Shown: positions 12,800 through 26,630 of the stretch, in pieces | How positions within the stretch are numbered: the stretch's first letter is position 1 | Layout: each line of letters starts with the position of its first letter | Assembly: GCA_002269645.1 (NCBI GenBank) | Contig: NIVC01000452.1 | Span: forward strand, 62,001-126,000 | Source: Macrostomum lignano | Taxonomy: Eukaryota | DNA length: 64,000 bases | Direction of reading: 5' to 3' | Notes under the pieces: generated by a model | What the model saw: only the letters and a program-made list of their open reading frames with translations | Databases searched by the model: none | Told to the model about the DNA's origin: nothing | Program-made: the position numbers and the translations under genes

Positions 12800-15700
12800 T
12801 TGAGTAGTTGAGCTGCTCTGAAACAGTGCAACAGAGAGGTCTAAAAATACATATTATCCTAGGCTTCAAAGCGAAGAGTATCTCATGTGGAAGTTGCATG
12901 CGATCAAATTTTGGGATCAGACTGTATCAGAACTGAAATTTTTGTTAAGTATTATGTTTATAACTTATGAAATAAAATTTTTCATAAATTGCAATAGCAA
13001 TAGTATACCCATAGCAATCAAAATCTGCTGGACTCTTTATGGATGCCTAATTTTTTGCATTGTCACTGACCCAATAAAATGTCATTTGGCATGATGCACA
13101 ATTGCTAGCTAACCAAGCCAATCCAGTTTGTATAATTTTTTGATAGCCAAATGATAAGTCACTAAATTGATAGCTAAAAATGAAAAGGAAAGGAAAGTAT
13201 ATAAGTAGCACAGCAAAGCAAAAAATGCAAAATTAAAAACAAGCAAAAACCAAATAAAAACAAAGTTTCAAAAAGAGTAAACAAAATCCTATTTTCTATC
13301 AAACTAAGTTGCATAACAAAGTTATTTTAGATATTGCATATATATATATACAATATCTTCCTTAAAAAACAAGTGAATTTGAAAATATTAATATTTTAAG
13401 CCTAGGATAGGACCATTCTATAAGCACTATTAAGGCAAAGAACTTAAGGTTTGTCATCCTAGATGACAAACTTTGGCTAGCAAGTTTTGTAAATAATTAA
13501 TAATACCAACTTTTTAGTCATTTCTACTACTACTAGGCCTATATAACCTCTTGCTTTTCTCTTATAGAAACCTATATAATTACCTAACTACTAAAGAGGT
13601 TCATGATCTTTATGAGTATTTTTGTAATAATAGAAGCTATCTATATATATATACTATTGTAGTGCAAAAGAATAATCTATTAACCAATGTCCAATGATTT
13701 ATAAAATCTTACTTATATTTTATCCTTTCTAGGCCTATTTGGTGCAATATGAATGATCATGCTTTAGCTGTTGAATAGAATTCTATGAATTACAGTATAT
13801 ATAAGCCTATAGAATGACTTGGCACTTCTATTCAAAAGCATACATGCACAACTCCCCTGATTTATACCAGTCATGCGACTTACTTTTTGACCAAAAATGC
13901 AACTTACCTGTAAAAGAAACCCTAACGCAATTATGGGTAAATGGCAAGAGTAATTATGACTGTCTTATAAGGGCTAAATGCCTTATCATCTAATTAGTAC
14001 TACATCTGTATTCTTTAGGCTGGGCATTTTTGCGACTCACCACAATTTACAGTGGCTAGATCAGCCAGGTCGGCTAGCAGTTGCGCATGTATGTTCAAAA
14101 GCAGTCAAAATAATTTAGACTTAGTTAATAAGACTTGCCAATCAAAATTTGCTAATAGTCAAGTCTAAGTAATCAAAATTTGTTGGTAGTTGAAATAATA
14201 GCAGTCAAAATTCTAGACCTAGTAGTCAAAAGCCATTAGAAATCAAATTGCAAGGAGTCAAGTTGCTAGCAATCAAAAGTCCAGAAGTCAAATTAGGGCT
14301 TATAATAATAAAAAATCAAGAAAAGACTTTAATTTTCTTTAAGACTTTAACTTTAAAGACCTAAAGAAAAGAAATAGCTACTACTAAAATAGAAAACCAA
14401 CTATCAAAAATATCAACACACTCACACTCACACATAGACTCACAAATGTTGATAGTTGGTTTTTTAATTTTTATTCTTATTATTTGCAAAGCAAGCAACT
14501 CTACCTGATTTCTATTACCGAAATGGCTGTTACTGAAGTCTGAAGTGGATTGTTACTAACCATGGTATATTTCACAACTGAGTTGGGCCTTGTCAAAATG
14601 ACTTATTAAGTTCTAGCTAATAGCTAGGCCCTAGCTAAACTTAGCAAGGCCTAACAAATAAAAAAATTCAAACTTAAAATTTTACAAGAGACCTAGGCCC
14701 TAAACTAGGCCCTAGTCTCTAGACTAGACCTTGTCAAAGAGTTGATATATTATATAGGCCTAGGACATCATAGGCCTAATTGACATAGTTTTTACGCCTA
14801 AGAAATTTATTCTTTTTAGGTTCCATACATAGGCCTATTTATACTCATATTCAGCTCAGCAGGCTTAGGCCTAGGCCTACCCCTATCTAGTATCTACATT
14901 TCTCCTTTGTTTCTTTTTTAATTTTTGTTGAGGTCCTTGGCTTAAGTTCTTTGACAAGCCTTTTATTAGCATGTTGTAGAGATCTAAGACGTTAGGTTTA
15001 TCAGGTTAAGTCAGGCAAGCAACCAACTAACCTGATTGCTGAAACATGAAAACAATTTTCAAGAGCCGTGATTTTCATCGGAGAATTTCGGGATCAAGTC
15101 AAAAGCTGTAAGCTGATCTGCCTGATCATTCTGCGTTCCGTCTAAAACTTTTTAATTGCTTTGCCTTAGCAATCAATCTTCTTCATAGAAAAAAATTTCA
15201 AATACCTAGGAGTAGTCAAATTTTAAAGAAACATTTTTTGCTTTTTGTTATTTTAAAACGGCATCAAATTTGATATGCGTGATTTGATTTGTTTTAGACT
15301 GTTTCAAAGAAAAATCAAGATTGGTTGATGGTTCCCAAGATAGATCCATTCAATTAGGCCTATTCTGATCAGCTTTTAGGTTTAAGTAGAAAAAAAATCT
15401 ACGTAATAAACGTCCCAATGTGTTTTAAATAATAGGCCTGTAAGGATTTAATGTAAATAAGGAAAAGGGAAAGAGATAGGCGGTGGTTCTTATTTTATTT
15501 AATCAAAAGTAAGAAGTATGGAGAAGTAGTAAGGCGAAGTAGTAAGGAAGTATCCGCTGTGGGCACCGTATATTTATAGCCATCAGGAGCATCGCCGGAA
15601 ACTTCTAGAAAATTTTAAGCATTATAACAAAACAAATATTAATTGTTGATTCCTATTAGATTTGCATTACTTGTAGTACTGCTTTACTGTAATAAATTAT

Positions 15701-17159
15701 ACATTGAATATTTATAAATGCGAGTATTAGAATTAGTTACTGGGAGAAGAAATTTCGAGAATTTAATTTGTACTCTACGGGGAAATTTCTAGAAATTAAA
15801 TAATTCAAATGCATCGAACTTTCGCGAAGGTCACTACAGGCCCATAATGATCTTTGCATAGACCTAGTGATCTGATAGTACTCCTTTGACTTCGGGTAGG
15901 GCTATAGCCTGCCTATAGGCCTAGGGCATAGTTTAAATATCTTGTTGTGTAATCTTTGTTTTTCTTTAGGCCCTGGCCTAAATAAAGTAATTTGTATTAT
16001 AAATTTTTTGCTAATTACTTTGTTAAGTTTTTGCTCATTTTAGAGTCTAGACTAGCCCTAGGCCCCTAGCCCCTATTTAATAATAAATTAATAATATTGC
16101 AGTCTTATTAGGCTTAGGGGTGCTAGAGCCTTTATCATTTCTACATTTTTATGAAAAAATTTAAGCCCATGCCTATTTTATTTAGGATTGTATTGTAGGC
16201 CTAGATGGTTTGCATGCATGATTTTTTTGGAAAGTTGCAAATGATATATTATTTAAAAAGCATCGGCTGGCCTAAGACTAATATTTCAATAGGCCCTAGG
16301 GCCTAGCTTTTAAAGAAAAAAATGTTAATTTATTAGAAATAATTATATAATTATTAATTAAAAAATAATATCATAATTTCTATTTTGCCTATCTAAATAT
16401 AGCATTTTTGGATTCAATAAAATTCTATACAAAAAAGTAGGGCCTATATTGGTTATGCAAAATGGCAAGACAATATATAAAATAATGAAATAATCATTGT
16501 TTTTATTCTATTGCTTGAAAAATCAAGACAAAAGTTTATTATAGGCCTAGTACTTATATTATGATATCCCATATACTAAAAATGAGTTGTCTATATCTAT
16601 CTATCTAGCTATGCGATAGATTTTAGAAAAAATGGCTCAACCAATTTTCTTCAAACTTGCACCATTCAATCAGAAATTTTCCTACGACAGTACATGTATC
16701 TTGGCTAAGAAATTGCTCAATGTTAAAAGGATTAAATATTTGAAAAACATGCTTTTTTGCAAAGGTCAAGCAGCTCTTTCGACCTGAAATGCATTGTAAA
16801 AATGCAAGAGAAAAAACTAACTGATTGAATTTCAATTGTGATAAAGATTGCATCACAACAAGATGAAAACAGTGTCGAAAAAATGCATACAAGACTTGAT
16901 TGTAATTGTATACCCATATTGCTGACTTGAATTGAGACTGATACTGGCTGACTGAGAAATTGATTATGTTATAACTTTTTACTCTAACCGACTTGCAATA
17001 AGAATTGATTTATAAGGGCCACAATTCATGTTCTCCAATTGAAAACAGATAGCCTAGATGCGAACAGACTGGAATGCTAATGCAGTGACCTAGGTTCGAA
17101 TCTTAGCAGTGCAAAATAATTTTTTTATTAAAACACTTTAAAACACAAATGCTAAACAT

Positions 17160-18400
17160 AAAAAAGCACAATGTCAAACATAGAAGAGCCACCATGCCAA
17201 ACAAAAAGGAGCCACCATGTTGAACATCAAAGAGCCACTATACCAAAAATGAAAGGGCCACCATGTCAAACATAAAAGGGCCACCATATCGAACATTAAA
17301 GAGCCACCATGCCAAACATAAAAGAGCCACTATTTTGAACATTAAAGAGCTCCTATGTCAAACATTAAAGAGCTCCTATGTCAAACATTAAAGAGCCACC
17401 ATGTAGAACATTTAAGAGCGACCATGTCAAACATAAAAAAGCCACTATGTCAAACATAAAAGCGCCACCATGTAAAACATATACGTGACTCCATGTCAAA
17501 CATGTACGTGACTCCGTGTCAAACATAAAAGAGCCACCATGAAGAACATTAAAGAGCCACTTTGTCAAACATTAGAAAGCCACCATGTCAAACATATTAG
17601 AACCACCATGTCAGACATTCAAAAGCCACCATATCAACATTAAAGAGCCACCATGTTGAACATTAAAGAGCCACAATGTCAAACATTAAAGAGCCAGCAT
17701 GTCGAACATTAAAGAACCACCATGTAAAACATTAAATTGCCACCATGTCAAACATTAAAAGAGTCACCATGTCAAACATTTAGGAGTCACCATGTCAAAC
17801 ACAACATGACTCCATGTCAAACATTAAAGAGCCACTATATCAAATATTAAAAAGCCACCATGTCAAACATAAGAGAGCCACTATGTAAAACATATACATG
17901 ACTTTATGTCAAACATAAAGGAGCCGCCATGTCGAACTTTAAAAAGCCACCATGTCAAACATTAAACATAAAAGAGACACCATGCCACACATAAGGGAGC
18001 CACCATGTCCAACATATACGTGACTCCATGTCAAACATAAAAGAGCCACCATGTCAAACATTAAAGAGCCAGCATGTCGAACATTAAAGAGCCATCATGT
18101 CAGACATAAAAGAGCCACTATGTCGAACATTAAAGAGCCATCATGTCAAACACAAAAAAGCCACCATGTCAAACATAGAAGAGCCACCAAATAAAACATT
18201 AAAGAGCCACCATGTTGAACATTAAAGAGCCATCATGTAAGACATAAAAAAGCCATCATGTGAAACATATATGTGACTCCATGTCAAACATTAAATAGCC
18301 ATCTTGTTGAACACAAAAAAGCCACCATGTCAAACATTTATGAGCCACCATTTCAAACATAAAAGAGACACCGTTTCAAACATAAAAAGAAGTGTCATGC
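17160..18400. repeat. Degenerate ~23-bp minisatellite (GAGCCACCATGTCAAACATTAAA)
   Basis: Diverged tandem repeats over 1.2 kb. Confidence 0.93.
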
Positions 18401-18419
18401 CAAACAAAATGGAGCCACT

Positions 18420-19700
18420 ATAAAGCTAAGGATATTGTTGCACTAGCTACTTGTTTTCTGGTGGATGCTTGCTATTTAAGGATGGATACTTGCTATCAGG
18501 GAGATGCTTGCTATTGGAAGGATGCTTGCTACTGGGGTAACTTGCTATTGGGAGATGCTTGCTCTTGGGGGGGGGGGCTGGAGGGTACTTGCTATCTGAG
18601 AGGGGGTTGCTAGATATCTATAAGGTCTCTTTGTATCCAGGTTATGCTTGCTATCTGGGGTTTCTTGCGGTCTGGGGGATGCTTGCTATTGCGGGATGCT
18701 TGCTATCTGGGGGATGCTTACTATCTGGGGTCTGGGGGAATACTTGCTATCTGGGGATGCTTGCTATCTGGGGTTGTTTGCTATCGGGGGGATGCTTACT
18801 ATCTAGGGTTGCTTGCTATTGAGAGTTGCTTGCTATCTAGGGTTGCTTGCTATTGAGAGTTGCTTGCTATCAGGGGGATGCTTGCTATTTGGGGGATGCT
18901 TGCTATTTGGGGGATGCTTGCTATCTGGGGTTTCTTGCGGTCTGGGGGATGCTTGCTATTGCGGGATGCTTGCTATCTGGGGGATGCTTACTATCTGGGG
19001 TCTGGGGAATACTTGCTATCTGGGGATGCTTGCTATCTGGGGTTGTTTGCTATCGGGGGGATGCTTACTATCTAGGGTTGCTTGCTATTGAGAGTTGCTT
19101 GCTATCTAGGGTTGCTTGCTATTGAGAGTTGCTTGCTATCAGGGGGATGCTTGCTATCAGGGGGATGCTTGCTATTTGGGGGATGCTTGCTATCTGGGGT
19201 TTCTTGCGGTCTGGGGGATGCTTGCTATCGCGGGATGCTTGCTATCTGGGGGATGCTTACTATCTGGGGTCTGGGGGAATACTTGCTATCTGGGGATGCT
19301 TGCTATCTGGGGTTGCTTGCTATTGGGGGGATGCTTACTATCTAGGGTTGCTTGCTATCGAGGGTTGCTTGCTATCGAGGGTTGCTTGCTATCGGGGGGA
19401 TGCTTGCTATCTGCGGGATGCTTGCTATCTGGGGGATGCTTACTATCTGGGGTCTGGGGAATGCTTGCTATCTGGGGATGCTTGCTATCTGGGGATGCTT
19501 GCTATCTGGGGTTGCTTGCTATCGGGGGATGCTTACTATCTAGGGTTGCTTGCTATCAAGGGTTGCTTGCTATCTAGGGTTGCTTGCTATCGAGGGTTGC
19601 TTGCTATCGGGGGGATGCTTGCTATCTGGGGGATGCTTGCAGTCTGGGGGATTCTTGCTATTTGGGGATCGATGCTTGAATGCTGTCTGAGGATGCTTGC
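18420..19700. repeat. ~17-18-bp minisatellite (GGGATGCTTGCTATCTG) with internal block duplications
   Basis: Direct tandem repeats; source of many spurious GCLLS/MLAIW/DACY ORFs. Confidence 0.95.
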
Positions 19701-21225
19701 TGTCTTGGGATGTTTTGTTTTTAGAGGGAATATCTTTAATTTTTTATGAAGGCTTTATTTCGCTGTCTGTTTGTTTTTTATAAAGAACAAGGATTCTATC
19801 CAGATGTCCCCCATCGGGGGCAAAGATTGCTAGTAATAACCTAATTTACTAAACTAATTTTTATGCTTTAATGATGCTTATAATATAATGTCTTAGATTA
19901 TTGATCAGGTTTAGTTATATAGAAGATTAGCAATATCAAGGGGCCAAGGCCTTAGCAAAGCCATTTCAAATAATTCCAAATAATATAGTCCAAGTCTAAC
20001 CAACTTTTACCATGTTTTTTCTATTAAAAACTAGGGCCAAGGCCTATTTTTCTCAAATCTTACAATATAAATTTGAAATTTTATTCTAAGACCTAAAAAT
20101 AATCATTGATGAAAATAATTAGGCCTAGGTCTCTATGCCTCTTTCTACATTGCTCTGACTGAGCCCTTGACCCAAGTCCCAAATTCCTAGTGTATTATAT
20201 TGCTATATTCTATTGAATTATATCCAATTTTAGATCAAATTTAATTTGTTATGGCTTTAGTAAGTTGGCATCAATCTTAGAAAAAACTAGGCCTAAATAA
20301 ATTTGGCATAAGGGATTTAATCAAGATGCCATAGCACTTGTATATAACAAGAAACCTAGAATTGGACCTAATTTAAGTAGGTATTTGCTTTAGGCGTTCT
20401 AGCTTTATTTTAAAGTTTAATAAAAAAGACAAATCCTAAGTTTTCCTTGGTTATTTATGTGCCTTTTTTGCTTATCCTCCCTAGTTATGCCAGGAAGAAA
20501 GGTCAAAGGGGTCATGTCCCTTTTAGCTATGGCCACAAAAATTTGGGCCATGCTTTTTTGGCTTAATACTATGCTGGGTCTATTTCCCAATATTGGATTA
20601 TTGTGCTTGTTGTAGCTTGTCCATCCTCTCAAAAATTTTTTGGAGCCACACCTGAGTTGTGCCTTTAAATAATTATTTTAGATAGTATCTATTTTTTGTT
20701 TATAAAATACTAAGGAATATTATTTGAAAGATTGTTATTAGGCATTAAAATGCCATATTTTACTTTATTAAACTATAGACTTAGGCTAATAATATATCTA
20801 GCAGAAATTTTTTCTATGTTTTTATAAAAACTTAATCTTTCTTAATTAAGGAAAAACAGAAAATTAATACCATTATCCTTTAAAGGCTATAGATTTTCTT
20901 CAAATTAAATTTGTCAAATTATAACACTAAATAAAGGCATGGGAATATTTAAAAACTTTGTCTATATTTTGAATTAGTATATATATAATTGACTTTTTAT
21001 AGTTTCAATACTCTTGTCTTTCAATTGAAAGCATTTGGGAAAAATGTCTAATTTAGTAATTTGGATTAAACTAAATATTATTCTTATTTAAGATTGTCTG
21101 ATTTTAGGGAAATGTTACAGTCTATAGATCATATCACTTGTATAAACATGTAGATATAGCAATATATATAAAATTAAATGCTAAATAGTACTATAATATA
21201 TGCTGTTCTCCACTTATAATTCTGC

Positions 21226-21939
21226 ATGTTGCACTGTCAGTTGCCAAGCCTAGCCGCCAAGGCCAACAAGCCATCATGCTTGAGGACAGTCATTCGAGTC
21301 TGTCTGGCCAAGCAGTCCAGCCATAGCCAGCAGGCCCCAATCAGTGCTGAGCAATTACTAGCCAATGGTCCAACCATTGTGCCTGACCTGTTGAAAAATG
21401 CCGCCTATTCAAATAGGTTAACAATCTACAAATATAAGTACATCCTGCCAGTTAACCTTGTGTCCAGCTTTAAAGTAGTTCAGACTGGCAGCGTTTTGCT
21501 GCTTTGCACGGGCAATGGGGTTGGTTGGCTGTGTGGCTTTGATACCACATCGGCATTTACCTATCTGCTGTCGCTCAGCCTGCTCAGCCTTGGCGTGCTG
21601 GCTTACGCTTCCCTTCTGCTTCGCCGCATTGTTGGCGAGCTGTCTATTGACGGCCGCAACTCCAACATTGTTTACCTGGCCCACGTCAGCTTCTGGGGCC
21701 GGCGGCGTAACCTGGCCGTCCATCGGGACCACTTGGTGTTCACAGAGGAGTCCGGGCATTTCTCTACGCTGGAGGTGTCGGGCAATTCGTTCCCATTCTA
21801 TTTGAGCTTGCGGCCGTCGGCTGTTAGGAGCTGCATACCCGATCAGCTGGAGCAGCTGCTCAAGCCGGAGCTGCGGGTGGCCCAGCTGCTTAAAGAGGCC
21901 GCCAATAAGCAGCATCATCAAAAGCGTCAAGGACAGTGA
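21226..21939 (+). CDS. TMEM186: Transmembrane protein 186 homolog (TMEM70/186/223 family, mitochondrial), uninterrupted ORF, 237 aa
   Basis: FKVVQT, two hydrophobic segments, LLRRIVGELSI and VYLAHVSFWGRR recall TMEM186 (LKLAQT, FLRRLVGILYL, LRVAHLNFWGWR); basic N-terminus. The start is uncertain because an in-phase acceptor-like TGTCAG ends at 21240. Confidence 0.8.
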   Translation: MLHCQLPSLAAKANKPSCLRTVIRVCLAKQSSHSQQAPISAEQLLANGPTIVPDLLKNAAYSNRLTIYKYKYILPVNLVSSFKVVQTGSVLLLCTGNGVGWLCGFDTTSAFTYLLSLSLLSLGVLAYASLLLRRIVGELSIDGRNSNIVYLAHVSFWGRRRNLAVHRDHLVFTEESGHFSTLEVSGNSFPFYLSLRPSAVRSCIPDQLEQLLKPELRVAQLLKEAANKQHHQKRQGQ

Positions 21940-22239
21940 AAGGGTGCGCTGCATAAGCAAGGCTGGCATTGGCGTGCACTGTCAAAAAATCAAGACGCTG
22001 TTGAACTGGTGCGCGCTTGCAAAACAGATGCACCCTAAGATAGTTCGCGCTTCGGTAGGCGTCCACTTCGATATTTGTCTTTAGTTTCAATGGGTTCAAC
22101 TTCAAAAACTATAATTTCCACACTTTGTAGAAAGTGACTTACTTCAGTGAAAGTGTTTCTTTGAATTTAAAATTCTTGTTTAAGGGTATCGTAGTTACTG
22201 ACGAGTAAAGGACACGCCCTCTCAAGGTTTGTGTCTCTT

Positions 22240-22550
22240 TTCAACTCTCTTCTTTCCCCTCCTCTCCCCACTTTCCTCTCCCCTCTCCTCTCCCCTCTCT
22301 CCCATCCTCTCTCCCCTCTTCCCTCTTCCCTCTCCCCTCTCCCCTCTCCTCTCTCCCCTCTCCCCTCTCCCCTCTCCTCTCTCCACTCTCCCCTCTCCTC
22401 TCTCCCCTCTCCCCTCTCCTCTCTCCCCTCTCCCCTCTCCTCTCTCCCCTCTCCCCTCTCCTCTCTCCCCTCTCCCCTCTCCTCTCTCCTCTCCCTTCTC
22501 CCCTCTCCCCTCTTTCCTCTCCTCTCTCCCCTCTTCCCTCTTATCTTTTG
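22240..22550. repeat. CT-rich simple repeat (CTCTCCCCTCTCC)
   Basis: Low-complexity polypyrimidine tract. Confidence 0.95.
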
Positions 22551-22574
22551 ACTTTTATCTCATGTTAAGAACTC

Positions 22575-22697
22575 GGTCGTTTCTACTGGCAACACACACA
22601 CACGTAATGAGCTTCTATTGGCTAAGAGCAGTCACGTGACAGCTGCTTTGTCCAATCCAATTGTTTTGTACGCGCGTGTTGTCAGTAGAAACTTCCG
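22575..22697. mobile_element. Short palindromic MITE-like element related to the 55.9-kb fold-back element
   Basis: CGGTCGTTTCTACTGGCAACAC...GTCACGTGAC...GTGTTGTCAGTAGAAAC forms an imperfect hairpin; its left arm matches 55951-56007. Confidence 0.55.
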
Positions 22698-23699
22698 AAT
22701 GAATTCGGAAATTGCGTCTTCGTGTTAACATTGATGCGTGCTTTGTTCAGTCTTGTAGCACATGCACTGCAGGCTTATTGAAATGCTTCCTCGTATCGCC
22801 AGATCCTTGTCTAATTTGTAATTCAATATATTTTAAGGTGCATGGCAAAAACCTGTATTGTGTAAAGCAGTTGTCGCGAAAAATACATGTTTCGTGTTCA
22901 ATATTTCTTGGTTTTCTATTTTAGAGAAACAAATGGTATTATGCAATACACTGTTAACTTGATTGAGTTTGCAGATCTGCTAACATCTATTTTATAAAAA
23001 AGTATTGTTTTATAGAAAAAAACAGTTGATTGTGTCGATGAATTAATTTATTTGTTATGCTGTCACAACAAGAATCAAGTCGGCACCCATTTAAACCGGG
23101 TCTATGAATCTTGCTAGCTTGAAAAAAAATCTTGCCGTTTGCACTTTCTCTTCTCCAGATCAGCATTTCGGCTAGAATTATTAACTGTTGCACGTTTCCT
23201 AGCAGTAGCAAAGTTCAGCTGGAAATACATCCTCGCTAGAAAATCTCGCACTCCTGAACATTTTTTATTAATGCCAGCTTATTAGGACACTGCATGCGCC
23301 TTGCTAATCTTTCAAATGTCATCAGCAAGTCGATGACATCGGCAGTTTTCTTCCTTGAACTTTTAACAGATGACAGGTCTGACAGCTCTGACGAGATGAA
23401 GGCCCCGAAGGAAGCAGTTTCTGGCAAAGCAACTCTTGTCACGTGTTGTGATTGAGAAGCATCTTTGAGTCCCTCTCGATTCTGGTTTAGTAAGAGGGTT
23501 GGAGATGTTCGCTCCAGCCAGGATGTTTTTTCTTCAGAAACTGGGGTGAAAATCTGCAAGAATCTTTTTCTCTACTCTATCTCTCGCTATCGCTGTCTCC
23601 TTCGTTCTGCTTTATTTCTTTTCCTATTTTGCTAAAAATATATAGCAAATTTTAGTTTCAATATTCCACATGGACAATCTGTAAAAGTTCTCTCAGGAC

Positions 23700-24730
23700 T
23701 AGCCCATTTTGCGCTTCGATTCTGGACTGGACTAGACCATTTGGTGCTTCGATTCTGGACTGGACTGGACCATTTGGTGCTTCGATTCTGGACTGGACTG
23801 GACCATTTGGTGCTTCGATTCTGGACTGGACTGGACCATTTGGTGCTTCGATTCTGGACTGGACTAGACCATTTGGTGCTTATAAATTCTGGACTGGACT
23901 AGACCATTTGGTGCTTATATATTCTGGACTGGACTGGACCATTTGGTGCTTATATATTCTGGACTGGACTGGACCATTTGGTGCTTATAAATTCTGGACT
24001 GGACTAGACCATTTGGTGCTTATATATTCTGGACTGGACTGGACCATTTGGTGCTTATAAATTCTGGACTGGACTAGACCATTTGGTGCTTATATATTCT
24101 GGACTGGACTGGACCATTTGGTGCTTATAAATTCTGGACTGGACTAGACCATTTGGTGCTTATATATTCTGGACTGGACTGGACCATTTGGTGCTTATAA
24201 ATTCTGGACTGGACTGGACCATTTGGTGCTTATAAATTCTGGACTGGACTAGACCATTTGGTGCTTATAAATTCTGGACTGGACTAGACCATTTGATGCT
24301 TATATATTCTGGACTGGACTGGACCATTTGGTGCTTATAAATTCTGGACTGGACTAGACCATTTGGTGCTTAGATTCTGGACTGGACTAGACAATTTGGC
24401 GCTTATAGATTCTGGACTGGACTAGACCATTTGGTGCTTAGATTCTGGACTGGACTGGACCATTTGGTGCTTAGATTCTGGACTGGACTAGACCATTTGG
24501 CGCTTAGATTCTGGACTAGACTGGACCATTTGGCGCTTAGATTCTGGACTGGACTGGACCATTTGGCGCTTAGATTCTGGACTGGACTGGACCATTTGGC
24601 GCTTAGATTCTGGACTGGACTGGACCATTTGGTGCTTAGATTCTGGACTGGACTGGACCATTTGGCGCTTAGATTCTGGACTAGACTGGACCATTTGGTG
24701 CTTAGATTCTGGACTGGACTGGACCATTTG
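23700..24730. repeat. 32-35-bp minisatellite (TTCTGGACTGGACTAGACCATTTGGTGCTTAGA)
   Basis: Direct tandem repeats whose variants change gradually along the array. Confidence 0.97.
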
Positions 24731-26630
24731 TTCATTATAGCTGCTGGCCTTAGGACTTAAAGTCTCCATTCAGCCCTTAGTTGACATTCCCTCTATAGCT
24801 AAGCAACAAAACATTCGCGTCATTAAAAGATTAGCATTTGGGTGCTTTTTCCTTTGAAAATGGAAGTTTGCATCCGTTTTTCGCGCAGCTTTACAGCCAG
24901 CGATAAAAAGTTCTAAGAAAAAAGTCTCTTCCGTCTAAGTTCTCGTTGGCTCACTCCTCAATAATGTAGGAACAGTGTGCGGAGAGTTCGTTCATGGTCC
25001 TTGAAGCTTCAGTGCGGGGTGACGCGAGTTGACTTTGAAGGCAAGGTTGAAATGAATTTAGCTCGATTTGTCGCAAAAGATGCAAAAATTTTCCTGTTCC
25101 GCGCTCTTATCTCTTAAAAACAAAACGACCATTTTTTGTAATTAGTAGCTAGCGGTTAATAAAATTAGGATTCATCTAATTAAGCTTCCACTCAAGCGCT
25201 TTTCGCACCTGCCTAACATTTCGAGGTCAACGACGCATAGATTAGTCTAATTATAGTTTTGTTTATAATGCTGTTTATTGTTTGTCATCTTTGTGGCACC
25301 TGCGACATTATAATTATTAGTAATCAGCGTGGTCATCGCATGCTTATTACATTATGAGCTTCATGTATTTTCATTTGTTGTATCAACGTAATGACCTTAA
25401 GCTAGGCCTTAGCTTAACAATTGATAGCATTTTAAAGACTAGGTCAACAACCATATAAAAATTGATATTGGTAAGCATTGTCTATATTTAATCATTCAGA
25501 CAGGTCTAGGAATAGCTACTAATATATGCATGCAAATGGAACTATGCCTACAATAATGGCTTAAGAGTAGCTGTATGCAACAATTTTATTACAAAAATTT
25601 CACTTTTGTGTATTTACAACTTAGACTTGGACTTATGAAATATAAACAAAATGAAATGGAAATGAAACTTTTACAATACAACAGAGTAACATCCTGTGCA
25701 TGCTAAATTAAAGAAATGGTAATCTTCAGGAAATTTGCCTAAAAAACGAAACGATTTTGAGTTTTGAGTCGCACGTCCTGTTATACTCCAGTGGTCCTTG
25801 GTAATGCATCAAATTTTCTGGAGTTGTCGAAGTCGGGGGTCTTCCTCGAGCGTCACTCGAACCAGGCGAAATTTCGTCAACCAATCAAACACAGAATTGT
25901 TTTTCGCATATGCACTACAGTCAAAGGCTAGTCAAATTCGCTTGAAGCTTTACGACTGCGGCAGGCCACTTTTATAGTCATACTTGAATTAAAAAATCAC
26001 GGCTGTCCAGTTGAAGAGTGCCAGTTGCCAGGTAGGTGGACGTTTAGAATCAAATTCTGATGCATACGTAGATTGATAGTGCAGCCTTTACATTTGGTTT
26101 GTAGGCTCGGAATATCTACATGCTCGTAATTTACCTGGATGTGTGCAATTTTTTTTGCTGCGAATCCTGGATGGCCCTTAAACTTACTGAACGCACTCGA
26201 AAAATACAAGTGCCAAGGAAGTACACGAAGCCATCTGAGCTCTACCGCGGGAGAAAAGCTTCATATGTAATCAACAATTAATATTTAAATGCTGAATTTG
26301 CATGCATTTCGCTTTCCGTGTGCAGCAGAGAAATCTTTAATCAAATTGATAATGAATCATGAATTTCCATGCGATCGAGCTTGGCCGCTGCTTTGATCGA
26401 GTCAAGCTATAGACACGCAAATGCGCGAGCACTGTACTGAGTCGGATTTCTGTAGGGACCTCACTGCAGGATCAGCTTCATTATCCAATGATTGCCAGCC
26501 TCTGACTGTCATTGGCCACGATCGTCTGATTGCGAACGCTCTAAAATAAAGATGACACGTCTCTATCGGAGCGTTGCGGATGCCTTGCTGGAATTTTTTC
26601 AGGGTCAATACTGTCAGTATCAAAAAATTT

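Noticed and set aside
17060-17115. tRNA gene candidates (also 43920-43985 minus, 2960-3035 and 55805-55880)
   Set aside because: B-box-like GGTTCGA motifs are present, but I could not fold a full cloverleaf with an acceptor stem; treated as SINE heads or remnants.
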